Of a stretch of DNA of 64,000 nt, positions 20,291-29,790 are shown piece after piece. The notes under the pieces were generated by a model that was given only the letters and a program-made list of their open reading frames with translations, ran no database searches and was not told the origin of the DNA. Source of the DNA: a virus (taxonomy: Duplodnaviria > Caudoviricetes); IMG/VR virus record IMGVR_UViG_3300009095_000010, positions 60,338 through 124,337 of that record, one strand, 5' to 3'. Each line of letters opens with the position of its first letter. The first letter of the stretch is position 1. The translations under genes and the position numbers were made by a program.

Positions 20291-21026
20291 TACAAATATA
20301 TATAGAGTTATTAGTTCCCGGGGAAGATATTTCTTTTAATTTTTTCAATTTTTCAATTGAATCTTTAATATCCTCATTTTTTGATATATCCAAACCGTTA
20401 CCTATACAGGTCCATCCTGGTACTTGGCGTCTAGCAAAAAGCTCAAGCTTGCTATCCGATAAGTCCGGAAACATTTTTTCCAGCATCTTATGTAGTAGAT
20501 CTGGCTTTATAGAATGTTTGGTGGCCGGAAAGAAATGAACAGATCTTTGCGATTTGTCCTTCAGATGATTATATATTTTTCCGCGAACACCGACCAAAAG
20601 TATTTCGTGGGTCTGTCGAAACAGACGACCCATACCAAAAGCCAGAATATTACTTATACTAAACTTCGATATTACATCATCAAGACAAACACGCAAGCCT
20701 TTTTCTGGTATTTTTTTCAATACCAGTAGAATATCTTTTTGAAAAGACTTCAATGGATTCTTCTTTGTCTTTACCCACACATGCGTTTGGGTTTGTCTAT
20801 ATCCCCAAGACTTCATGACATCAAGACCTTCAGAAAGCAAAGATGAAGGAACCCAAAGTAAAAGGATAGAATCTTCTTCTGCGATATCTTTGACTGGAAG
20901 ATTCTTCAAATCTTCATTCGTCATTGTATCGTAATTTGAAGAAGCTCCTCTCTTCACCTTGGACATGGTCAAAGTATCGCCAAAATCCCATGGACAATCA
21001 GCTAATATAACTCTAAATTTAGCCAT
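20244..21026 (-). CDS. MT-A70 family adenine methyltransferase
   Basis: ADCPW (DPPW variant), Y.TM, LWV, WGY, WVK, HSIKP, LELFAR...GW...GN. Confidence 0.9.
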   Translation of the reverse strand: MAKFRVILADCPWDFGDTLTMSKVKRGASSNYDTMTNEDLKNLPVKDIAEEDSILLLWVPSSLLSEGLDVMKSWGYRQTQTHVWVKTKKNPLKSFQKDILLVLKKIPEKGLRVCLDDVISKFSISNILAFGMGRLFRQTHEILLVGVRGKIYNHLKDKSQRSVHFFPATKHSIKPDLLHKMLEKMFPDLSDSKLELFARRQVPGWTCIGNGLDISKNEDIKDSIEKLKKLKEISSPGTNNSIYICNDQKMYKVWKDIPIK

Positions 21027-21041
21027 TTTTATTTCTCAACA

Positions 21042-21317
21042 TCATTCCTTGGAATCATTTTTTTCAAGAGAACGGTCACAAGATTCAATAGCCGCAACAG
21101 CAAGAGCAGCTACTTTGATCATGTTGTATCTGAAGTTTCTCAACTTAGATGTAAACAAACCTTTAGACCGAACAAAGTCAGAGGTACTTTGACCGAGATA
21201 GTAAATTATAAAAGAAACCCAAGCATAAGAATCATGCGTATCATCATGATCTGCTCCGCCCCACTTCTTATCTTGATGTTTACGTTCCTCTTCTATCTCT
21301 TTTAGAATATCAATCAT
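21042..21317 (-). CDS. All-alpha NTP pyrophosphatase (MazG-like) protein
   Basis: EIEEERKHQDKKWG ... IKVAALAVAAIES. Confidence 0.6.
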   Translation of the reverse strand: MIDILKEIEEERKHQDKKWGGADHDDTHDSYAWVSFIIYYLGQSTSDFVRSKGLFTSKLRNFRYNMIKVAALAVAAIESCDRSLEKNDSKE

Positions 21318-21655
21318 TTTATGCTTTCTATATCATTTATGATATTATCTATTTTAGCTATAGATAGTTCTATTTTTTTAGACTCAAGCTCTTTAAGCTT
21401 TTCTTGATGAAGCTTTCTAAGAACAAATTGACGCTTCATATCGGAGAGCGAGTACTTACTCCTTGGTTTCTTTGCATCGAAATCCATTGATTCTGATAGA
21501 GTCTCTATTGGTAAAGAGTGAAACCAAGAAAGAACCTCTTCATTGGAGCCATTAAAGATGTAGTGCTCATGTTCCTGAATAATAGCCTGCAAGTCTAAAT
21601 TCAGATCGTTGACACACCTTTCTAACTCTCTAACTTCAGCGTTCCTCAACTTCAT
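21314..21655 (-). CDS. Hypothetical protein
   Basis: 113-aa ORF. Confidence 0.65.
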   Translation of the reverse strand: MKLRNAEVRELERCVNDLNLDLQAIIQEHEHYIFNGSNEEVLSWFHSLPIETLSESMDFDAKKPRSKYSLSDMKRQFVLRKLHQEKLKELESKKIELSIAKIDNIINDIESIK

Positions 21656-22064
21656 AGCCTAACTCTCGAAGGAACTCGGCTGCATGGGTTCTGTAGCTTG
21701 TGTGACCACCACGCTCCCAGGAAAGAAGGGTATCCCCTTCTTCGAAACCTACTAGTTGTTTAATAGTGAGACCCGTCTTCTCAGCCTCTTTTTCTAAAGC
21801 TTCCTTGAAATCATTGAGTCTTTGTTTGTATCCGGATACAAAATCATCACCAGCTTTCTTGATAAGCTCTGCGTCATCCCCAGCTGCTTTCTTTGCTTTG
21901 TGATAATCCCAATACACATCCTCTGGCGAAAGCCAATCATGACAAATCTCACAATCATAACCGCACTCCTCTTGAAGATTGTTTGGTTTAGATGGAGAGA
22001 TTCCAATTTTTCTACCAGGACCATGAACTTCCGGTTCCCAAAATGATGCTGTATAAATCTTCAT
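21636..22064 (-). CDS. DUF488-like protein
   Basis: MKIYTAS, ISPSKP, L.P, TLLSWE....SYR..AAEFL...GY.V.E resembles DUF488 LLCyE...CHR. Confidence 0.55.
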   Translation of the reverse strand: MKIYTASFWEPEVHGPGRKIGISPSKPNNLQEECGYDCEICHDWLSPEDVYWDYHKAKKAAGDDAELIKKAGDDFVSGYKQRLNDFKEALEKEAEKTGLTIKQLVGFEEGDTLLSWERGGHTSYRTHAAEFLRELGYEVEER

Positions 22065-22086
22065 ATAAAATCTTTCTCTTTTGATA

Positions 22087-22120
22087 TAATAAAGGACAGA
22101 GTCTCCTCTGTCCTTTATTA
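22087..22120. terminator. Rho-independent terminator-like hairpin
   Basis: TAATAAAGGACAGAG-tctc-CTCTGTCCTTTATTA, 15-bp stem. Confidence 0.7.
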
Positions 22121-22218
22121 CGGCTTTCTAAGCCAACCCTCGACCGGGTTTAACTTACCTCTTCACAAGGAAGAGGTAGTTGCTTGCTTTGTTTTGAAAA
22201 CAAGACTATCACCACCCT

Positions 22219-22905
22219 TCATATAGTGTCCGCCTCATTTAATGTAAGCGGAGTTAACTCCATCGGTTTATCCGATGGAGGGACATTTATTCGATAAGTT
22301 GTATCTATTGATTCCTTTCCAGAATCGGCAGGGAATCTTTTCAATACATGTACTTGATATTCTCCAGGGGAGAGCGCCATCAACCATCGACCTTTTGGGT
22401 TTGTTCTAGTCTGATTTATCAACATACCAGTTTGATCTAGAACTTCTACAGATGCAAGAAACAAAGGCTGACCATCTTCTCTATATAAGATTTGAGATAC
22501 AGATGCTTTGACACTTGACTTTGCTCCGCGCTGTCCTCGGGAAGCCCCCCTAGAAGAAGCTTCAATCATATCGTCACCATCAGGATCTGGAGGTAGAGTC
22601 GATGGCCTTGCCTCAATAACAGATTCATTACGGGCAGGTTCCCTCTCAACATCTAAACCATGTTGCTTTGCAAGATCAGCAAACCTACTAGTCTTATCTC
22701 TATGATCAAAATTGTCTTTATTAATAGGACCAGTTACCTTGGATGGTTTTGGAGTTTCTGGCTGAAGCTTTGGTGTTTGATTGTTGATGTTATTCAACAA
22801 CACCTTTAAAAGATTTTCAACATTAGCAAACCGCTTAGATAAAGTTTCTACTTTGGTTTCTAGTCCAAGTAAAATATCTGTTGCTGATCTTTTATCTTCA
22901 GTCAT
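22219..22905 (-). CDS. Hypothetical protein with C-terminal carboxypeptidase-regulatory-like beta sandwich
   Basis: DGQPLFLASVEV...TRTNPKGRW...LSPGEY. Confidence 0.65.
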   Translation of the reverse strand: MTEDKRSATDILLGLETKVETLSKRFANVENLLKVLLNNINNQTPKLQPETPKPSKVTGPINKDNFDHRDKTSRFADLAKQHGLDVEREPARNESVIEARPSTLPPDPDGDDMIEASSRGASRGQRGAKSSVKASVSQILYREDGQPLFLASVEVLDQTGMLINQTRTNPKGRWLMALSPGEYQVHVLKRFPADSGKESIDTTYRINVPPSDKPMELTPLTLNEADTI

Positions 22906-22945
22906 TTTTCAAAGCCATATAATCTACTGTTGCGTTTTCAAGATA

Positions 22946-23995
22946 TCAATCACCTAAAATTATACCAAAATCTATTGGTACTCTTTTAATTACCTGAACT
23001 CTGGTAACTTCTATATTATTACCAAGAATAAGTTTTGAAAGAATATCTCTTGCTGAGATTGCATCCTGCGCTGTACTGTAAAGTTTATCATCTACAAGTA
23101 TTGCAAAGAACCCTTCTTGCAGGGAGGATATCTTTGCCGTTTGAGTAGGATAATACCCTTTATCATTATCATCTGAACTAGAGCGATCTTCACTGGATGT
23201 GAATTCTTCCTCCGACTCATCTTCTATTTCAAGAGAGTCTTTCTTTGCTTGTATTTCAAGCTTGATATTTTCAACAGCGTAGTTGACAATCTCTCCAACC
23301 ACTCGCCTCTCTTCGGTTGGAATATTTTTAAATTCTTTCAACAGAGTTGTGAGGTCACTACTCTTCCCAAAGATTTTAGATCTAACCTCATCAAGATCAT
23401 CCAATGATGGCGCTGAATAGATAGATGCCAAAGCATCCTCTTCAATCATGGAGAGAATTCTCTCGAACTTCTGGCGAATTTCCGAGCCCTCTTCTGTTTT
23501 TAGATCTGCAAAAGGATCTGCTCCTTGTAGAGACTCTACATCTACTTCATCATTGTTATCAATAATAACATCATCAACAGATTCTTTTTTTCTGGAAGGC
23601 CCAGTAACCTCTGGGGCATACCAAGTATGCTCTTTCTGACCTACCGCAACGAAGTTCGCTCTTGGTGGAAAGAATCCATCATCATCTCCTACTGATGGTA
23701 GAGGAGAGCCTTTCTTAGGTATACCTGTAGGAACCTTTACATTCTGTGATGGCAGTGACGCCTTTACCTGCACAGGTTCGTTAGGAATGTCTTCCATTAC
23801 AGGAATATCTCCTTTGTTCTTTGGCGTGGGAGAAACTTTTGGAATACCAAACTCATCATGTAGAAGAGATCTTCCTCCCTCTTTTGGTTCGAGATCCAAA
23901 CGCTGATATTCTGGAGGTTGTCGCTTCGCCTCTAATATCCGCCTAACTCTATTGCCTTTTTTATCATCCATCAAAAGCTCCCACTGAGCGCTCAT
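22946..23995 (-). CDS. Hypothetical protein containing a PheS N-terminal tRNA-binding coiled-coil domain
   Basis: ALASIYSAPSLDDLDEVRSKIFGKSSDLTTLLKEFKNIPTEERRVVGEIVN matches the Phe_tRNA-synt_N pattern. Confidence 0.7.
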   Translation of the reverse strand: MSAQWELLMDDKKGNRVRRILEAKRQPPEYQRLDLEPKEGGRSLLHDEFGIPKVSPTPKNKGDIPVMEDIPNEPVQVKASLPSQNVKVPTGIPKKGSPLPSVGDDDGFFPPRANFVAVGQKEHTWYAPEVTGPSRKKESVDDVIIDNNDEVDVESLQGADPFADLKTEEGSEIRQKFERILSMIEEDALASIYSAPSLDDLDEVRSKIFGKSSDLTTLLKEFKNIPTEERRVVGEIVNYAVENIKLEIQAKKDSLEIEDESEEEFTSSEDRSSSDDNDKGYYPTQTAKISSLQEGFFAILVDDKLYSTAQDAISARDILSKLILGNNIEVTRVQVIKRVPIDFGIILGD

Positions 23996-24299
23996 CTTTA
24001 CTAATCTTTTTTTGCGCCTTTCTTTTCTGACGACGATCCCATTCGCCAGACTTCATCATGCGCTCTCGCATTTCAGTCATAAGCCTACGATCCCTAGCTT
24101 CTCTGCGTTTGCGGCGCTTTTTTTCGCTAGGCTTCTCATAAGACATCTTTTCTTTTACTTGACCAACAACACGTTCCTTTTGGAACAAAGTTTTGAACTT
24201 TCTAAAAGCATATTCAAAATCTTCTCTGGAGGAGCCCTCTACGACTACCTCTATTGGTCTAACCTTATGTTTTACATCATATAACTCTGGTGCTGGCAT
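23964..24299 (-). CDS. rpsU: Ribosomal protein bS21
   Basis: FEYAFRKFK...YEKPSEKKRRKRREA. Confidence 0.9.
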   Translation of the reverse strand: MPAPELYDVKHKVRPIEVVVEGSSREDFEYAFRKFKTLFQKERVVGQVKEKMSYEKPSEKKRRKRREARDRRLMTEMRERMMKSGEWDRRQKRKAQKKISKDERSVGAFDG

Positions 24300-25609
24300 T
24301 AGAATAATTCCTCTCTATCATCTGTCAGGTCTCTTTTTTTAGATTCGAAATCAGAATCTGCTGAGTCTTTTTCTTCAGAAACTTGTTTCAGAGACAACAA
24401 TACATCTTCTTCATTTGGGATTTCTCGACCTTCTGGAATTGCAATAAACACAGCATTGAAGTAAATCTCTTGCAGATGAGCATACGTAAAATTCTTCTTA
24501 ACAGTTTTATTTGCAATAACATCAATGCTGTTTGATGTTAATATATCACCAAAATACTTCGTTAGATACTTTTTACTATGTTCTAAATCAGGAAGTGGAA
24601 ACTCAAAAAAGCGATCAAATCTACGTGGACGGCTCTTTAAGTTCTGCTCTAGATCTGAGAAGTCATTTCCCGTAACAACCGTTAGGATACCGTCACGTTT
24701 CACAACACCATCCAAAAGCTGGAGGAAGTGACGAGTATCTACGGTTCTCATCATCTCTTGCAAATCCTCAAAGAAGAGAAGGGATGGGGCGTGTTCTTCG
24801 GCGTACTCAAAGGCATCTTCCAAGAGTTCATCTGGAGATGAGTGTCCAGGCTGAATAGTGACCGGCTTGAACTCCTTGTACTGAGACATAAGTAAGCGCA
24901 GAACGCTTGTTTTCCCACAACCACGCTCGCCCCAAAATCCAATACCTCGTCTCCAAGGCACTTTGAGTTTTTGATAAATGGATTTGGACTGAAGGAACCC
25001 TTCAACAGTTGTTACAATCTTCTTCTTTAAATCATCTGGTAAGAAGATATCATCCCAAGTCATATCAGAACTGTAAGGTATTGGTGCCCCACCAATCACT
25101 TCAATCTCTTGAGTCTCGCGCTCACGTTTCTTTTGCCAATCCTCAAACTCATTTCTGAAGTTCACATATTTCTCAAAAGAAGATGACTGAACAAGAACGA
25201 AAAAAGAAACCTCATCTTCGTTTTGATTTCCTTTGTGAAACAATCCGCAATGAAAGAACTTAAGTTCATCAATAGTTATTTCATAGATACCAATACCAAC
25301 GAAGTGTTCATCTTTATGATCGGACTGCCACGATGTAATACCATCAGAGTGTATTGCTTTTACTTTAGCACCCTTCTCTTCTGCATACTGAAGGAAGGTG
25401 CCATCAATAGAAATTTTGTTATGAACAAAAGGTATCCAATCTTCTTGTGATGTTTCTCGAATAACATTCATTTGAGCCCATCTCATAAGCTCAACAAAGC
25501 TACCCTCAGGTCTAATTATTTTATTATCGTATGCAGAATAAATATTATTAAGTCTTGCAATACTAAGATGTTCTTGTTTGGAAATTTCCTTTTCAGAAAG
25601 GCGTGTCAT
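24299..25609 (-). CDS. AAA+ ATPase
   Basis: WDDIFL, PWRRG, GERGCGKT, LFFED, LLDG, RPRRFD. Confidence 0.9.
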   Translation of the reverse strand: MTRLSEKEISKQEHLSIARLNNIYSAYDNKIIRPEGSFVELMRWAQMNVIRETSQEDWIPFVHNKISIDGTFLQYAEEKGAKVKAIHSDGITSWQSDHKDEHFVGIGIYEITIDELKFFHCGLFHKGNQNEDEVSFFVLVQSSSFEKYVNFRNEFEDWQKKRERETQEIEVIGGAPIPYSSDMTWDDIFLPDDLKKKIVTTVEGFLQSKSIYQKLKVPWRRGIGFWGERGCGKTSVLRLLMSQYKEFKPVTIQPGHSSPDELLEDAFEYAEEHAPSLLFFEDLQEMMRTVDTRHFLQLLDGVVKRDGILTVVTGNDFSDLEQNLKSRPRRFDRFFEFPLPDLEHSKKYLTKYFGDILTSNSIDVIANKTVKKNFTYAHLQEIYFNAVFIAIPEGREIPNEEDVLLSLKQVSEEKDSADSDFESKKRDLTDDREELF

Positions 25610-25781
25610 GATTATTCTTTCTATTTTCCTTTATCTTTTTTGATATTGGTGATCGATCTAGAAGCTGCTCTGAACATAAACAAACCATCTTCTTTCTAAG
25701 AGGTGAAGTGGTCGTTATAAGTGATGTTCTAAAAGCACGGGGCCGGGTTAGTATACCAGACAAAGTATTATCTAATTTCAT
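25593..25781 (-). CDS. Small hypothetical protein
   Basis: 62-aa ORF, ATGA overlap with topA. Confidence 0.5.
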   Translation of the reverse strand: MKLDNTLSGILTRPRAFRTSLITTTSPLRKKMVCLCSEQLLDRSPISKKIKENRKNNHDTPF

Positions 25782-27916
25782 TTCAGAACCTGTTCAACTT
25801 TCTTTGAATAAACAGGTGGTGTAACTTTCTTTGGATCCAACCAATTCAAGTTAGCGTTCTCTGGAAGCTCCTCGACATGTTTACAATTTGGATATCCCAT
25901 ACATGCAAGTTTCATTTTATCAGACATCAACGTTGCATATAGCTCATCGCCACAGTCAGGACACTTCTTTCCAAAAGGGATCTTTCTCTTACCTTTACAC
26001 CTTGGATATTCTGAACATGAATAAAATGGACCAAACTTTCCATCTGGTCTTGGTACCATTCCAGAACCACACTCTGGACAGATTACATCCGAATCAATCT
26101 TAGCTTTCTGTGTTTTTTGAACAGCCTTTCCATCTTCAATAGAGATGTTGGCGATTCCATCACAACCACCTTTATACTTCACACACCCAGCAAAGAATCC
26201 ATATTTGGATTTTCTAACAACAGTTTCTGCGCCACACTTTGGACAAGGGATATCTGTTACCATTCCCTGCAAGCCGCGAGCCTTTTGAAACTCTTCTTTG
26301 AACGAATTAAAGAAATTAGACATCATCGAAACATAGTCAAGCTTGCCTTCTGCAATTTGATCTAATTGCTTTTCCATATCAGCTGTGTACATATAATCCA
26401 TAAAGGTAAAATTACCCTTCAGATCTTCAACAACCTTTCGTCCAAGATCGGTAGGAATAAATCCCTTAGCCGTATTCTTTACGTACTTACGAACAGAGAT
26501 ACGAGAAATAATGGATGCATAAGTACTGGGACGACCTATCTCTTTACGTTCTAACTCAGCAATCAAAGAAGCCTCGCCATATCTGGGTGGAGGTTTTGTT
26601 TGTGACTTTTCAAGCTTTACCTTGGGAGGGGTCAGGACAACATCATCATTTATAGAAAGATTTGGTAAGATTACATCCTTATCCTTTTTGAGGAATGGTT
26701 TTGCAATAGACATCCAACCTTCTTCTTTTTGAATCTTTCCTTCAGCAACAAGAATGTGATTGGTAGATGTCTGAACAGATACCTTAACAACATCAAAAAC
26801 AGCTGGGTTCATTTGAGAGGAAACGAACATACACCAAATCAAATTGTATATTTTTTTCTCATCACCATCTAGAGCTATAGTATCCGGATGAGCCAATATG
26901 TTGGATGGGCGAATAGCTTCATGCGCATCCTGAGCGGCATCTTTATTCTTAAACTCGTTAGGTAATTTAGGAATGGTAAAGCCCTTTTCAGTTAGGTATT
27001 GCCTAAGAGCTGTTATAGATTCAACGCTGTTTCTTGTAGAATCTGTACGAATATATGTAACATGACCACCCTCATAAAGCTTCTGAGCAGCCGCCATTGT
27101 GCTCTCAGCTTTGATCTTCAGCTTGGTAGATGCTTCTTGCTGAAGCATTGATGTAGTCAATGGAGGCGGAGCTTTTCTTATGTTCTGCTTGGTTTGAATA
27201 TCAGAAATTTTGTACGTACATGAATCAAGATCTTTTTTGATTTGTACAGCCTCATCCTCTTCCGTAATCCTTGTTGGATATTTCGCAGTAAAGCTAATAG
27301 GATCTCCATCCTTTAAAAGAGTTGTTGAGATATTGAAAAACACTTCTGGTACAAAAATATCAATCTCATCTTCCCTATCAACAATCATTCGAAGGGTAAC
27401 GGACTGAACACGACCCGCACTCAACTTATCTCCAAGCTTATGAGAGAGATAAGGAGATACCATAAACCCAACAATTCGATCTAATACACGGCGAGCTTGT
27501 TGTGCATCAAACAAATCTTGGTTGAATTCACGAGGATTTTCTATAGCTTTAAGAATTGCGCTTCTGGTAATTTCATTGAACTCAATTCTTTTCATAGGCT
27601 TCTGTAAGTCTTTGAGTTGAGAAACAACATGAAAAGCTATTGCCTCACCTTCCCTATCAGCATCGGATGCTATAAAGATTTCATCTACAGACCTAGCAGC
27701 ATCTATGATTGCTCTTATCTTATCTTTCTTATCTGGTAAGACTTCATATTTTGGGGTGAAGTTATTCTGAATATCAACTCCAATATCACCACCTTTACCA
27801 CTAGCAAGATCAATAATGTGACCAACCGTAGGACGAACGGTATACCCGGCCCCAAGGATCTTACTAATGGTCTTTACTTTTCCCGGTGATTCTACAACAA
27901 CAAGAGCATTAGTCAT
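25778..27916 (-). CDS. topA: DNA topoisomerase I (type IA) with C-terminal zinc ribbons
   Basis: VVESPGK, D.DREGE, SAGRVQS, TYIRTD, AQDAHEAIRP, GRPSTY, three C4 ribbons. Confidence 0.97.
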   Translation of the reverse strand: MTNALVVVESPGKVKTISKILGAGYTVRPTVGHIIDLASGKGGDIGVDIQNNFTPKYEVLPDKKDKIRAIIDAARSVDEIFIASDADREGEAIAFHVVSQLKDLQKPMKRIEFNEITRSAILKAIENPREFNQDLFDAQQARRVLDRIVGFMVSPYLSHKLGDKLSAGRVQSVTLRMIVDREDEIDIFVPEVFFNISTTLLKDGDPISFTAKYPTRITEEDEAVQIKKDLDSCTYKISDIQTKQNIRKAPPPLTTSMLQQEASTKLKIKAESTMAAAQKLYEGGHVTYIRTDSTRNSVESITALRQYLTEKGFTIPKLPNEFKNKDAAQDAHEAIRPSNILAHPDTIALDGDEKKIYNLIWCMFVSSQMNPAVFDVVKVSVQTSTNHILVAEGKIQKEEGWMSIAKPFLKKDKDVILPNLSINDDVVLTPPKVKLEKSQTKPPPRYGEASLIAELERKEIGRPSTYASIISRISVRKYVKNTAKGFIPTDLGRKVVEDLKGNFTFMDYMYTADMEKQLDQIAEGKLDYVSMMSNFFNSFKEEFQKARGLQGMVTDIPCPKCGAETVVRKSKYGFFAGCVKYKGGCDGIANISIEDGKAVQKTQKAKIDSDVICPECGSGMVPRPDGKFGPFYSCSEYPRCKGKRKIPFGKKCPDCGDELYATLMSDKMKLACMGYPNCKHVEELPENANLNWLDPKKVTPPVYSKKVEQVLK

Positions 27917-28094
27917 GCTCTTTGTTCACGGACTTCAGGGCTTCCTCGACCCCAATCCTACGAACTAGCCAATCAATACGGTTGGCAATGTTCTTGTATA
28001 TCTCTCGGTCTTCTTCGTTTCTACATGAGAAAGACTTCAAAACACACTCATCAGAAACTTCCTTTAAGATATTTGATGCAAACTTCCTGAACAT
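27909..28094 (-). CDS. Small hypothetical protein
   Basis: 61-aa ORF. Confidence 0.55.
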   Translation of the reverse strand: MFRKFASNILKEVSDECVLKSFSCRNEEDREIYKNIANRIDWLVRRIGVEEALKSVNKEHD

Positions 28095-28103
28095 AAATCT
28101 ATA

Positions 28104-28883
28104 TTAGGTTATTGATTCTTTCACTAGCCTTTTCTTATTTTTGCGAGCGGAGAACCCAGTTTTGGAATTCATTTCAAAGACATATAATCTCTCGGCTTTA
28201 CTTCCATCTAGCATCATGAACTTATCCCAGATGAATGGTAAACCATCATGCTCTCCATTATGTCCAGTTACAATAGTCTTATCCCATGGACATGGAGCTT
28301 TGTTCTCAAACACATTCCACATATTGTAGTACACACTCCTATCCCATGCCAAAAGCTTGGGGCTCTGGTACTCTAGGGGAATAAACGGATCGCACCCGCC
28401 ATGGACAAAAACGTACTTCTCCGTTTCATAAAACGGAGATAAGGTACGAAAAAAATCCATATGCTCTTCAGGAATGAATCTAGGAATGTTATCTCTTCTA
28501 ATCAAATATGGATTCTGTATCTCAGAACCAGCCCTTTCCAAGTACCCAATAAGAGTTTCTTCCCCTCCATTTTGCATCCATATTTTGTACCTATCTACGG
28601 GAGCTTGAAGATCACAAGCCTCTAAAATAAGCATTTCGTGATTACCAAGGAGAGTAATTATTTGATTTGGATATTCTTTTTTCAACCTAATGATTTGATC
28701 AACAACACGGTGGGAATCTATTCTCCTATCTATGTAGTCCCCAAGAAAAACTATCTTGTCCTCGTGACCGCCTGTTGTTCTGAGCGGGAGGATTCTTTTT
28801 AGAATCAAATCTAATTGTTTGTACATCCCGTGTATATCCGGTATTACATATAAACAATTATCTGATGGTCTCCATTTGCTCAA
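28104..28883 (-). CDS. Ser/Thr phosphatase-like metallophosphoesterase
   Basis: DIHG, GDYIDR, GNHE, FVHGG, WDR, GH. Confidence 0.92.
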   Translation of the reverse strand: MSKWRPSDNCLYVIPDIHGMYKQLDLILKRILPLRTTGGHEDKIVFLGDYIDRRIDSHRVVDQIIRLKKEYPNQIITLLGNHEMLILEACDLQAPVDRYKIWMQNGGEETLIGYLERAGSEIQNPYLIRRDNIPRFIPEEHMDFFRTLSPFYETEKYVFVHGGCDPFIPLEYQSPKLLAWDRSVYYNMWNVFENKAPCPWDKTIVTGHNGEHDGLPFIWDKFMMLDGSKAERLYVFEMNSKTGFSARKNKKRLVKESIT

Positions 28884-29781
28884 AACTACCTAACCTTTCT
28901 TTATTTGTAACCTTATCTAAAAACAATGTTGTTGGCCTGAATACATACCATACCCTTCTGTACGGTGTCCTATTGGCTTCAGATTTCAGCCAACGCTTGG
29001 CTGACATGCTGGCATTACCAACTATTTCCCAATCACCCTTCTCCATATCTAATGAGTATACAAAGAAAGAATGCCAATGTTCGTGTTTCTTATCCCAAGG
29101 TGTTGGTCCGTTGATGAAAACTATATCACCTAATGATAGGTCAAACTCATTAAATAACAATTGTAATTGATTGAAGTCCTTTAATCTAACACCATCTCGC
29201 TCCTTTGAATACAAAATCTCAAAGTATTCTGGGTTGGACTTCATTACATGAATAAGATCAGGCACCCTTCTTGGGTACTTTTCATATGATTTTATAAAGT
29301 TAGTAAAGGAACTCTCTGAATCATAGCGTTTGTTATCAACCCACCACGAACCGCCAAGCCTATCAAACGCATCAACAATAACATCTGCGCAGACCTGTGG
29401 AGGAATAGCGTGCCCCTCGTTCGAACGAACGTAATACCATTCGCCCCTGTACCCAAACTTTCCCCTTCCTTTTCTCCAAGAAACTTGCCAAAGTTCTCTA
29501 AGCTTGCCATCTTCCTGCCCTACCTCAACCCTAGGCTCGTCAAAAGGCAATTTCTCTTCAATGAATGAATCCAAAATGGATTTCAAACCAGATACAAGTA
29601 GTGGTCTTGGTAAAACCTCTTGTTCAAGATCCTCTAAAGATACCGGCTTCGGTTCTACCAAAACATCAGCGTCTATGACAACTGGTTGAATATTTTTTAC
29701 CTGAGCTTCATTTTCAGGTAGAGGATCCTGATTACAGGACAGTAAACACAACACACATAGTATATATATACAATTCTTCAT
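28858..29781 (-). CDS. Lipoprotein with possible papain/NlpC-P60-like Cys-His domain
   Basis: Lipobox LLSC; QVCAD ... GDIVF ... HWHS. Confidence 0.5.
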   Translation of the reverse strand: MKNCIYILCVLCLLSCNQDPLPENEAQVKNIQPVVIDADVLVEPKPVSLEDLEQEVLPRPLLVSGLKSILDSFIEEKLPFDEPRVEVGQEDGKLRELWQVSWRKGRGKFGYRGEWYYVRSNEGHAIPPQVCADVIVDAFDRLGGSWWVDNKRYDSESSFTNFIKSYEKYPRRVPDLIHVMKSNPEYFEILYSKERDGVRLKDFNQLQLLFNEFDLSLGDIVFINGPTPWDKKHEHWHSFFVYSLDMEKGDWEIVGNASMSAKRWLKSEANRTPYRRVWYVFRPTTLFLDKVTNKERLGSFEQMETIR

Positions 29782-29790
29782 AAGTTTTAT

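Noticed and set aside
22150-22210. tRNA-Sec/opal-suppressor-like arm (loop TTTCAAA) or Ser arm on the + strand
   Set aside because: No acceptor stem, D-arm or TTCRA T-loop; kept only as a generic structured element
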